Source: Demequinaceae bacterium
GTDB lineage: Bacteria > Actinomycetota > Actinomycetes > Actinomycetales > Demequinaceae
Direction: 5' to 3'
NCBI GenBank assembly: GCA_965250005.1
Contig: OZ252279.1
Location: forward strand, 1,200,001 to 1,232,000
Length of the DNA: 32,000 nucleotides
Shown: positions 20,776-28,340 of the stretch, piece by piece
How positions within the stretch are numbered: position 1 is the first letter of the stretch
Layout of the letters: each line of letters starts with the position of its first letter
Program-made: the position numbers and the translations under genes
The notes under the pieces: model-generated
What the model saw: the letters and a program-made list of their open reading frames with translations, nothing else
Databases searched by the model: none
What the model was told of the DNA's origin: nothing

Positions 20776-20781
20776 TAGAGT
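20776..20781 (+). promoter_or_regulatory. candidate -10 box TAGAGT for a leaderless menF transcript
   Basis: TAGAGT-tggagc-GTG(20788). The GGAG inside the spacer is only 1 nt from the start codon, too close to act as an RBS. Confidence 0.4.
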
Positions 20782-20787
20782 TGGAGC

Positions 20788-22050
20788 GTGAGCGTTCAGG
20801 CCGTCCCGTCGCATGACCCCTTGGTGGTCCGTACTGTCGCTGTCGAACACCCGGGAGACCTGATCGCCGCCTTGCCGGAGCCGGGGATCTCGTGGGTCCG
20901 CCGAGGCGAAGGAATGGTTGCTTGGGGCGCCGTCGCGAGATTCGACACCGCCGGCGAAGGTCGGTTCGCCGACGCCCGAAGTTGGTGGGAGGAACTCTCG
21001 CAGCACACTGTTGTTCGCGACGACGTCCAGGTCCGCGGATCGGGACTCGTGGCATTCGGATCGTTTGCGTTCTCCGCCGCCTCGAATGCTGGCGGGACCG
21101 TGATCGTGCCGCGCTATGTGCTCGGCACGCGCGAAGGCGTTTCTTGGCTGACGGTCATCTCAGGTTTCTCTTCTATCTCGAGTCCCTCTCTAGCCGAAGC
21201 GCAGCAAGATGGAACTGCGCCCGCACCGCTCGGCGAGGTCACTGTTGGCGCGGGAGACGAGCACAGTTGGCGCGCCGCAGTCGAAGCCGCGGTGGGTCGC
21301 ATCGAGTCCGGTGACGCTGACAAGGTTGTGCTCGCTCGCGCCGTGGACGCGCAAGCGGGCGCGCCAGTGGACGTACGGGCAGTGCTTGCTCCGCTCGCTC
21401 GCGACTACCCCACGTGCTGGACCTTCCACGTCGACGGGATGGTTGGTGCGACACCCGAGCTCCTCGCGCGCGTGGACAAGGGATTGGTGACGTCTCGTGT
21501 GCTCGCCGGCACCATCAGGCCCACGGGCGACGAGCAAGCCGACCTCGCCCACGCCGCCGCTCTGGCCCGCTCCTCCAAGGACCGCGAGGAACACGAGTAC
21601 GCCGTGGACTCCGTGACCGCCGTGCTCGAGGAGCACTGCACGTCAATCAACGTGCCTGAGGCGCCGTCCGTGATCCACTTACCGAACGTCATGCACCTGG
21701 CAACCGATGTCACTGGAGTACTCGCGGAGATGACCCCGAGTCTGGCCCTAGTTGAGGCGCTCCACCCCTCGGCAGCGGTCTGCGGTACGCCAACCGAACG
21801 CGCAGCCGCACTCATTTCGGAACTCGAAACGCTCGATCGCGGTCGGTACGCCGGCCCGGTCGGATGGATGGACGCCGACGGCGACGGCGAGTGGTGCATC
21901 GCCCTGCGCGCCGCTGAGCTGTCTCGCGACGACCCGTCCAAACTGCGCCTGTTCGCGGGCTGCGGAATCGTCGCGGCGTCGGATCCGGCAGACGAGTGGG
22001 CCGAGTCCGAGGCGAAGCTCGATCCGCTACGTAGCGCGCTTCTGAACTAA
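20788..22050 (+). CDS. menF: isochorismate synthase
   Basis: 420 aa with chorismate-binding-enzyme motifs LHPSAAVCGTP, DRGRYAGPVGW, CIALRAA and AGCGIVAASDPADEWAESEAK. Confidence 0.88.
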   Translation: MSVQAVPSHDPLVVRTVAVEHPGDLIAALPEPGISWVRRGEGMVAWGAVARFDTAGEGRFADARSWWEELSQHTVVRDDVQVRGSGLVAFGSFAFSAASNAGGTVIVPRYVLGTREGVSWLTVISGFSSISSPSLAEAQQDGTAPAPLGEVTVGAGDEHSWRAAVEAAVGRIESGDADKVVLARAVDAQAGAPVDVRAVLAPLARDYPTCWTFHVDGMVGATPELLARVDKGLVTSRVLAGTIRPTGDEQADLAHAAALARSSKDREEHEYAVDSVTAVLEEHCTSINVPEAPSVIHLPNVMHLATDVTGVLAEMTPSLALVEALHPSAAVCGTPTERAAALISELETLDRGRYAGPVGWMDADGDGEWCIALRAAELSRDDPSKLRLFAGCGIVAASDPADEWAESEAKLDPLRSALLN

Positions 22051-22061
22051 CCCGCACGCGA

Positions 22062-22096
22062 AGATGCCCCGCGCGCTTGTCGCACGCGGGGCATCT
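22062..22096. terminator. GC-rich hairpin between convergent menF and the PDZ gene (candidate bidirectional intrinsic terminator)
   Basis: Perfect 11-bp arms GATGCCCCGCG (22063-22073) and CGCGGGGCATC (22085-22095), with one further A-T pair (22062/22096) and an 11-nt loop. It is the only strong hairpin in the 58-bp gap. There is no clear U-tract on either strand, which is common in high-GC actinobacteria. Confidence 0.55.
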
Positions 22097-22108
22097 CGAG
22101 AGAGGTAA

Positions 22109-22924
22109 CTAGGCGGGCTGAGACTCCTCAGCGTCGACCCCGCGGAATCGCGGGCCGTCGCCGCCTCGGTCGCCGCCACGCTTCGGGCGGTCGGGCCGCT
22201 CGCCCGCATTGGGGTTCTCGGCCTGTGAGCCAAGAACGACCGACAACGTGATCGCCTCCCCGTCGCGCAGCACAGACAGGAACAGTGTGTCGCCGGGTGA
22301 AAGCTCACGGAGCCTGTCGAAAGCCTCGCGCGGAGTAGTGACGTCGACACCGTTGACCGACAGAATCACGTCACCCTCGGCAAGACCCGCCAGGTCGGCA
22401 GGCGAGCCATCGTTGACGTTGCCGATCTCGATTCCGTCCTGATCCTTGTCCTGAGGACGTTCGGGCTGTGCGCCAAGGTAGGGGCGGTCCTCCGGGTCGG
22501 GTCGGTCTTCGTGGGTTCCGGTGACAATCCGTACGGACTTCTCAACGTCGCCCTGAACTACAACGACGGTGATAGTGTCGCCCGGCTCGACCGAGCCCAT
22601 TGCCTCACGCATGGCACCACGGTCATCGAGCGCGACGCCGTTGATGGACAGCACCTGGTCTCCCTGACCAACGCCCGCGACATCCGCGGGACCGTCGGGG
22701 AGGACATCGCGAACGTAGATGGAATCGCTCCGGTGGGCGAGGCGCCATCCGATGAACGGAAGCGTCTCCGGGTCCGGGCGCTCGACGCCCTGCTCGTTTG
22801 CCGCAGGACCGGTCTCCTCGGCCGAGGCCGCGGTTGAAGTCCCTACTACTCCGAAGAGTGAGATGGCAGCCGTGGCGGCCAGCGTTGCGGGCCAGGTCAC
22901 CTTCTTGCTCATGTTGCTGATCAT
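22109..22924 (-). CDS. secreted tandem-PDZ-domain protein (no catalytic domain recognised)
   Basis: Track ORF 22109..23182 trimmed to ATG 22924 (271 aa), preceded by AAGGAG with a 6-nt spacer. Signal peptide MISNMSKKVTWPATLAATAAISLFGVVGTSTAASA|EE. Two PDZ-like modules carry GDQVLSINGVAL and GDVILSVNGVDV, each preceded by RPDPExxP[FY][IL]G. The C-terminal tail is charged and Gly/Arg-rich. Confidence 0.75.
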   Translation of the reverse strand: MISNMSKKVTWPATLAATAAISLFGVVGTSTAASAEETGPAANEQGVERPDPETLPFIGWRLAHRSDSIYVRDVLPDGPADVAGVGQGDQVLSINGVALDDRGAMREAMGSVEPGDTITVVVVQGDVEKSVRIVTGTHEDRPDPEDRPYLGAQPERPQDKDQDGIEIGNVNDGSPADLAGLAEGDVILSVNGVDVTTPREAFDRLRELSPGDTLFLSVLRDGEAITLSVVLGSQAENPNAGERPDRPKRGGDRGGDGPRFRGVDAEESQPA

Positions 22925-22993
22925 GAATGTCTCCTTGGGTTGGATCTGACACTCCTCATCAGACCAACTCTGCCTGGCGGGTTCCTGAAACGA

Positions 22994-23013
22994 ACCTGGG
23001 AAACACCTGGGAA
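22994..23013. repeat. tandem direct repeat ACCTGGGAA x2 with 11-bp period, in the gap between the membrane-anchored paralog and the PDZ gene
   Basis: ACCTGGGAA occurs at 22994-23002 and again at 23005-23013, just downstream (minus-strand sense) of the stop at 23022-23024. The first copy overlaps a 7-bp stem (22978-22984 / 22992-22998). Confidence 0.5.
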
Positions 23014-23021
23014 TCGCACTC

Positions 23022-24425
23022 CTAGTCGGCGGGGATGATCGCGTGGAAGCCGGACGCGCCGTCGAACGCGTTGACGACGTACGACATCTCCCCATGCTCC
23101 GCGTGGTGCGCGCGGATCTGAGCCACTCCGTAGCCCGCGTCGGACGCGATCGCTGCATCGCCCGATAGCAGCACAAGCTCACCCGCCCAGGTCAGCTGGG
23201 TCGCCTGCTCCTCGTTAGTCGGCACCACCCACAGCGGCACCTCGAATACGTCGAACAGCACACGCGTAACGCCGATGCGGGTTCCGTCGGGGCTGAACTC
23301 GAATATTCCGTCGATACGCTCCCACTCGATCGTGCTTGCGAACACGTACGTGCTGGTCGAGAGGGCAAGAGTCCAGATCGCCGTCTGGTCGTCCTCCCGT
23401 AGACAACTCACGAGCAACTGGCGGTCGCTCGGCCAAACGGCTGGCTCGCAGACCAGTTCTCCAGGCGGAAGTAGATGCTCACTGCGCTCATAGGCGCCGG
23501 GCTCAGCGTCCTCGGCAGTTGACGGGGCATAGGTCGCGATGCTCCATTGAGTGACGTCGTCGATAACCGCCCGCTCGCCTGAGACGAAGAGACTGCCGTC
23601 GGGCGCTTCGATAAACGTGGCACCCTCGACGGGCTCGACCGGCGTGGCGGTCACGCTTCCCGTCGGGCTCAACAACGTGATCCCGTGGGCCCCGACGCCG
23701 TGCTCCACGATGATCGTCGTTCCGTCGTTGGAGTTGGACGCCGTAGGCGCAGCCCACAATCGATCTTCGCCCTCCCCTTGCGGTCCTTGGAACGCCGCGG
23801 AGATCTGGCCGGTGAGCAAGTCGATCGAGTGCAGAGTCACGAGCGGGCTGCTCGTGGCCGTCTGCTGAGCGAGAATCGCGGTGCGGCGATCCGGCCGCCA
23901 CGCCAGCAATCGCCAGGGGGAGTCTTCTCCGAGATTCGCCGCTTCGTACAACGACCCGCTTGGATCGACAACATAAAGGTAGCGCGGCCCCGGCGTTCCC
24001 CACGTAGCGAAGCCGCTCGCCTCGATCGGCGCAGGTGCTGGTGCTGGTGCTGGTGCTGGTGCTGGTGCTGGTGCTGGCGATGCTGACGGCTCGAGAACCG
24101 TTGGCTCGTCGGGCGTGCCCTCGGCGAACTCGTGGCGAAAGAATCCCGAGCCGGACTCATATTCGACAAGCAACCAACCCGGTTTCACGGCGTCCAGCGT
24201 CTCTTGGGTCAAGGCGAGCGCGGGAAGGGGCGCGGGATGAATAACATCGTGCGCAGATGCCGATGGGCTCGGGGCGACGTCGCTCAGGTCAGGGGGTTTG
24301 ACGAAGGGCTCGGCGGTACCGCCCTCCCAACCCCAGAACGTCAGGAAGTAGATCGCGACAACGAATGCGCCAGCGAAGACGCCAGCCAGCGACTTCCACC
24401 AGCGCGAACTGCGTATCTGCGCCAC
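23022..24425 (-). CDS. hypothetical N-terminally membrane-anchored exported protein (paralog B; possible PD40/beta-propeller-like ectodomain)
   Basis: 467 aa. GTG 24425 is preceded by GGGAGA. The basic tail MAQIRSSRWWK plus one TM helix (SLAGVFAGAFVVAIYFLTFWGW) predicts N-in/C-out topology. Contains a (PA)8 linker, SPDG/PDG-type turns (FEFSPDGTRIGV, IEAPDGSLFVSG) and 2 Cys. Homologous over its length to the ORF at 27011..28273. Confidence 0.7.
   Translation of the reverse strand: MAQIRSSRWWKSLAGVFAGAFVVAIYFLTFWGWEGGTAEPFVKPPDLSDVAPSPSASAHDVIHPAPLPALALTQETLDAVKPGWLLVEYESGSGFFRHEFAEGTPDEPTVLEPSASPAPAPAPAPAPAPAPAPIEASGFATWGTPGPRYLYVVDPSGSLYEAANLGEDSPWRLLAWRPDRRTAILAQQTATSSPLVTLHSIDLLTGQISAAFQGPQGEGEDRLWAAPTASNSNDGTTIIVEHGVGAHGITLLSPTGSVTATPVEPVEGATFIEAPDGSLFVSGERAVIDDVTQWSIATYAPSTAEDAEPGAYERSEHLLPPGELVCEPAVWPSDRQLLVSCLREDDQTAIWTLALSTSTYVFASTIEWERIDGIFEFSPDGTRIGVTRVLFDVFEVPLWVVPTNEEQATQLTWAGELVLLSGDAAIASDAGYGVAQIRAHHAEHGEMSYVVNAFDGASGFHAIIPAD
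24031..24078 (-). repeat. hexanucleotide microsatellite (GCTGGT)n inside the CDS, encoding (Pro-Ala)8
   Basis: Six perfect GCTGGT units (24037-24072) flanked by GCAGGT and GCTGGC. Read on the minus strand as CCA-GCA codons. The unit length is a multiple of 3, so copy-number change stays in frame. Confidence 0.95.
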
Positions 24426-24463
24426 GGCTTCTCCCTATGTGTGCGATTCGTCCCGTCCCCAGG

Positions 24464-26089
24464 CTAACCGTCGGCGAGCACGGCCTCTACTACCTCAATG
24501 CCATTTGAGGGGCGTTGAAGCGCCCGAGAAAGATCCTCGGCAGTGGCGACCATGGCATGCGAGACTCCGAATCCTCGGCACAGCGAACCAATATCTGCGC
24601 CGTGTGGGGTCGTGAAAACTCGCTCAAAGTCACCCCCGTTTGCCCGCGCGTGCTCTAGCGTCCGAAAGATCGTCCCTCCACCGTCATTAACAACGACGAT
24701 GCGCAGGTCGGGAGTTCGCTCACGAGGACCAACGAGCAATCCCCCCGCGTCGTGAAGGAATGTCAGGTCACCCATGACGGCCGCGACCGGTGATGCCGAC
24801 GCGAGCGCGACTCCGACGGCAGTGGAAATCGTGCCGTCGATCCCGGCCAGACCGCGGTTCGCGAGCCGCCGAGTGGCTCCGACCGACGGATCCCGGGGTA
24901 GTGCGCGATCTGCCGCGCGGATCACGCCACTCGATCCGAGCACGAGCGTTCCGCCGTGCAACGAGGCATCCGTCGCGGCCACGATTGCTTCCGCCGCCCA
25001 GTCGCCGGGAACGGGGTCACGGGCCTTGAGTGCCCAGCTCTCCATCCACTCGGGATCCGCAGGCTCGGCACCGACTCGCCAGGAGTCGGGCACCACCATG
25101 AACACTTGTTCCGCATGGACCGGCGCCTCGCGCCATCGTCCACCGAACCCCGCTACCCATAGGCGCGGTGCGCCCTCGAGCAGTGCGCGTACAGCGCGGT
25201 TCAACGTGGGTCGCCCAATGACGAGCACGAACTCCACTCCCTTGGAATGAACCTGCCCCAACTCACTGGCGAGCAGGTCGGCGTACCCAGAAATGTACGC
25301 GGGCCCCGTGCGCGCGCCCGACGTCGGTTCCGCGAACACGGGCCATCCACGCGTCTGTCCAATGGTTGCGGCGACGTGCCCCGCCCCGTCCCCCGCGATC
25401 ACGATGCCTTTGCGCACGGCCGGAAGCTGGGCTGCCTGCGGTAGCCGACCCGCCGGCGCCGTGGTCGCCGTTACGGCGGGCCACCCGCCTCCGTCGGGCT
25501 CGAGCGGCTCGCGAAACTGAATGTTCACGTGCACTGGCCCCACGCCTGCAGCCTGCGCGTCACCGCCGCCGCCGTCACTGTTACCATACGACGCTGAGAC
25601 CGCCCACGCGGCGATGACGCCCGCTTCGGCGAGAAGGTCGCGGCCCCACGTGGGGGGCGCGACATCCCTCTCGCCGCCCACGAACGTGCCAAAGATCCCG
25701 CGCTGGCGTGTCGTCTGATTTGCGCCCGTCGCGCGCACCTCGAAGGGCCTGTCGGCTGTCACGAGCACGAGTGGCACTCCGGCGTGGCTGGCTTCCATTA
25801 CGGCCGGGAGGAGGTTGCCCACCGCTGTCCCGGACGTTGTGACCACGGCCACCGGCGCGAGGGTTGCCCGCGCGATTCCCAGGGCAAGGAAGCCTGCCGC
25901 TCGCTCGTCGATCCGAACGTGCAGTTCGAGAGCCGGCGCCCCCACGCGCGGCTCGTCCGCCGTCGCCTCAGCAAGCGCGAGGGCGAGTGCGCCGCTGCGT
26001 GAGCCGGGGCAGAGGACAAAATGCTCAACCCCGTTGGCCACCAGGTGCGCGACCAGCGCTCGCGCGAAGGTCATATTGGGGTTAGTCAC
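24464..26089 (-). CDS. menD: 2-succinyl-5-enolpyruvyl-6-hydroxy-3-cyclohexene-1-carboxylate (SEPHCHC) synthase
   Basis: Track ORF 24464..26311 trimmed to GTG 26089 (541 aa), overlapping the menC TGA as GTGA. The N-terminus TNPNMTFARALVAHLVANGVEHFVLCPGSRS parallels the mycobacterial MenD N-terminus as I recall it (MNPSTTQARVVVDEL...VVLCPGSRN). ThDP motif GDLTFLHD...VVNDGGGTIF. ATG 26074 is an alternative start. Confidence 0.9.
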   Translation of the reverse strand: MTNPNMTFARALVAHLVANGVEHFVLCPGSRSGALALALAEATADEPRVGAPALELHVRIDERAAGFLALGIARATLAPVAVVTTSGTAVGNLLPAVMEASHAGVPLVLVTADRPFEVRATGANQTTRQRGIFGTFVGGERDVAPPTWGRDLLAEAGVIAAWAVSASYGNSDGGGGDAQAAGVGPVHVNIQFREPLEPDGGGWPAVTATTAPAGRLPQAAQLPAVRKGIVIAGDGAGHVAATIGQTRGWPVFAEPTSGARTGPAYISGYADLLASELGQVHSKGVEFVLVIGRPTLNRAVRALLEGAPRLWVAGFGGRWREAPVHAEQVFMVVPDSWRVGAEPADPEWMESWALKARDPVPGDWAAEAIVAATDASLHGGTLVLGSSGVIRAADRALPRDPSVGATRRLANRGLAGIDGTISTAVGVALASASPVAAVMGDLTFLHDAGGLLVGPRERTPDLRIVVVNDGGGTIFRTLEHARANGGDFERVFTTPHGADIGSLCRGFGVSHAMVATAEDLSRALQRPSNGIEVVEAVLADG

Positions 26090-26976
26090 GCGGTCACCTC
26101 GGGGATGTACTTGCCTAGAATTCCATCCACGGGAACGAGCGAATTCGCCACAACATCTTGCGCCAACAGCGCGCCAGTACCCAGACCACAGGCGTATGGC
26201 AGTTCGGGGAGCGATCGAGCGAGCGCGAGCCCAGCAGAAAGGCCCACGGATGTCTCCATTGCACTCGACACAACCACGGGCAGTCCTGCTCGCTCGGCAA
26301 GTTCGAGGCAAGCGTGCACGCCGCCAAGCGGCGCGACCTTGAGTATCAACACATCCGCGGCTTCGGCCCCGACAACCGCCATCGGGTCGCTGGAAATGCG
26401 GATCGACTCATCCGCGGCAATGAGCACGTCGGTGCGCCTGCGCAGCGCTGCGAGATCCTCGATTGTCGCGCACGGTTGCTCCGCGTACTGCAGGCCATCC
26501 ACTCCGCCGTCTCGAGCTGCGCTGGTCAACTCCAGCAGCGCGGCCTGCGCCATATCAAGATCCCATGCGCCGTTAGCGTCGACCCGGATCTTTCCGTCGG
26601 GGCCCAGCGCCGATGCCGCCGCCGCCACCCGCTCACAGTCCATCTGCAAATCCGAGCCTGGCCCGCCCACTTTGACCTTCGCGGTCCGGCACCCGCCCGC
26701 CACGGCGAGCGCACGCGCGTGGTCGGCAGTCACGGCGGGAACAATCGAGTTGACCTCGACGACGTCGCGCACGGGCGCCGGCCAATCGCCTGCCGCCGCC
26801 TCCATCGCGGCCATCCACCACCGGCCGGACCGCTCCGCGTCGTAGTCCAAGAATGGCGAGTATTCACCCCAAGCGTCGTCGCCTGCGGCGGAGCGCCCGC
26901 GCACCAGCACCCCGCGCCGCTCCGTCAGCCCTCGAAACGGGACCGTGAGCGCAACGTGAAACGGACGAAACTCCAT
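26086..26976 (-). CDS. menC: o-succinylbenzoate synthase (enolase superfamily)
   Basis: 296 aa with enolase-superfamily landmarks KVKVG, IRVDANGAW, LQYAEQP and IAADES. Small actinobacterial OSBS size, translationally coupled to menD. Confidence 0.85.
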   Translation of the reverse strand: MEFRPFHVALTVPFRGLTERRGVLVRGRSAAGDDAWGEYSPFLDYDAERSGRWWMAAMEAAAGDWPAPVRDVVEVNSIVPAVTADHARALAVAGGCRTAKVKVGGPGSDLQMDCERVAAAASALGPDGKIRVDANGAWDLDMAQAALLELTSAARDGGVDGLQYAEQPCATIEDLAALRRRTDVLIAADESIRISSDPMAVVGAEAADVLILKVAPLGGVHACLELAERAGLPVVVSSAMETSVGLSAGLALARSLPELPYACGLGTGALLAQDVVANSLVPVDGILGKYIPEVTA

Positions 26977-26982
26977 GACTTC

Positions 26983-26988
26983 AGCCTA
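26983..26988 (-). promoter_or_regulatory. candidate -10 box TAGGCT for a leaderless menC-menD transcript
   Basis: Minus-strand reading: CGCGGCC-TAGGCT-gaagtc-ATG(26976). No SD is possible in the 6-nt spacer. Confidence 0.45.
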
Positions 26989-27010
26989 GGCCGCGTTGCA
27001 AAACTAGCGG

Positions 27011-28273
27011 TTACGGGTGAAGCAACGCCGTCGTCTCCGCGGCGCCAACCACGTAGAGCGGGAAGTCGTCGCCAGAGCCCGGCAGGAGTTCGACGGTGAC
27101 ACCGCTGTCCCAGTCAACCCACCACAGCGGGCCGTTGCCGCTCACGAGCGAGCCAGTTCCCACTGCCGCGTGACACTTCTGGTGCACGAACGGTGGCGTA
27201 AGCGTGTCGACCACATCGGCACCCGCATTCACGCCAAGGCGTTCCTCGAACCCCGACGTCTCGACCACCGTGAACGAGCTGTCCGAACAGTAACCCGTCA
27301 CGCCTAGGTAGTCGCTCGCGTCGTACCCGAGCGAGGCCTTGAACGTCTCCAGTTGGCCCGAGGCGATAACGTGCACGGCGGGCGAGCCGTCCACAGGGAG
27401 TTCGTAAACGTCGGGCATGTCGCTCGCGCTGTAGCAGGCAATCGCGACCGTCTGGCCCCGGCCCTTGCCGATCGGATAGCAGTCGGCCCCCGCGGGGGGC
27501 GGCAACATTGCGGTCGTGCCATCGGCATATACCGCCTCGAACCGGTCTTCAGGCGACGTCTCGAAGCCGGTAATCACTTGCACCTGTCCCACATCCACCA
27601 CAGAGTCGCCAAATTCGTCGCCAGTAATATTGCTGGCCAGCTTGGCTCCGGAGTCGTCGTAGAGGCCATCGATTCCGTCCCCCGAGCACGCGCCGCGGAG
27701 CACCCAGTTGTTGCCGGCAGCGAAGCCTCGGACAGAGCCGCCCTCGCCGCAGAACGTCCACGAACTAGAGACCGCGCCGGTGACCAGACTCACCACGTGC
27801 AGCTCGGAGCGGTCCTCCACGAGCAATGCCAGATCGCGCGGGCCTGACCACGCGACCAGATCAGGCGAATCCCAACCGAAAGAGTCGAGGTTCGCGACCT
27901 CGTACTGCGTTCCGTCTGGTTCGATGAGGTACAACACGGACTCGCCAGGGGTGAAGACGCCTCCATCTGTGTACGCGTCGTCGCTGTGAATGGCGAGCAC
28001 CCAACCGGCGCCGACGCCGTCGAGCGCATTCTGTGTCAAAGCGTCCGCGGCGGGGAAGTAACCCCCACTTGTCACGGGGCGAGCGACGAAGTCCGGGCCG
28101 CTGCCTCCACTCGGTTCCGTGGCCGCGGGCGTTTCAGTCGCCGTAGGCGTCGGATCGCCATCGTCGGAACCCGTCCCTCCCCACCAGCCGAGCACAACTC
28201 CCAGCAACAGCAGGATGATCAGCAGAAGAATGATGATGAGCCATGTCCAAGGGCTCTTGTGCGCCTTCGCCAT
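27011..28273 (-). CDS. hypothetical N-terminally membrane-anchored exported protein (paralog A; possible PD40/beta-propeller-like ectodomain)
   Basis: Track ORF 27011..28303 (TTG start) trimmed to ATG 28273 (420 aa), preceded by GGAAGGA with a spacer of about 8 nt. MAKAHKSPW plus a Leu/Ile-rich TM helix (TWLIIILLLIILLLLGVVLGWW), then a Thr/Pro/Gly linker. The ectodomain has 6 Cys and PDG/ADG/VDG turns. Homologous to 23022..24425. Confidence 0.7.
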   Translation of the reverse strand: MAKAHKSPWTWLIIILLLIILLLLGVVLGWWGGTGSDDGDPTPTATETPAATEPSGGSGPDFVARPVTSGGYFPAADALTQNALDGVGAGWVLAIHSDDAYTDGGVFTPGESVLYLIEPDGTQYEVANLDSFGWDSPDLVAWSGPRDLALLVEDRSELHVVSLVTGAVSSSWTFCGEGGSVRGFAAGNNWVLRGACSGDGIDGLYDDSGAKLASNITGDEFGDSVVDVGQVQVITGFETSPEDRFEAVYADGTTAMLPPPAGADCYPIGKGRGQTVAIACYSASDMPDVYELPVDGSPAVHVIASGQLETFKASLGYDASDYLGVTGYCSDSSFTVVETSGFEERLGVNAGADVVDTLTPPFVHQKCHAAVGTGSLVSGNGPLWWVDWDSGVTVELLPGSGDDFPLYVVGAAETTALLHP

Positions 28274-28328
28274 TGTTCGCGTCCTTCCAACTATCGGGTC
28301 CAACCTAACTGTGCGAGCTGCCGGGGAC

Positions 28329-28334
28329 TAGTCT
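28329..28334 (+). promoter_or_regulatory. candidate -10 box TAGTCT for a leaderless menB transcript
   Basis: TAGTCT-cgaacc-GTG(28341), with a 6-nt spacer and no SD. Confidence 0.45.
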
Positions 28335-28340
28335 CGAACC

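Noticed and set aside
22109-22924. PDZ protein as an HtrA/DegP-type or site-2-type protease
   Set aside because: No trypsin-like catalytic triad motifs (no GDSGGP-like Ser loop) and no HExxH. At 271 aa the protein is fully accounted for by a signal peptide, two PDZ modules and a disordered tail.
26021-27099. Two + strand ORFs (274 aa and 313 aa) antisense to menC/menD
   Set aside because: Shadow ORFs in alternative frames of a well-supported enolase-superfamily gene. No recognisable domains.
23022-28273. The paralog pair as the missing MenH (SHCHC synthase) or another men enzyme
   Set aside because: No GxSxG nucleophile-elbow motif. Both are predicted to have extracytoplasmic ectodomains behind a signal-anchor, which is incompatible with a cytoplasmic pathway step.
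28274-28303. TTG start at 28303 for paralog A
   Set aside because: ATG 28273 has a GGAAGGA Shine-Dalgarno at good spacing, and the TTG has none. The extra 10 residues add nothing to the signal-anchor. This remains unproven.
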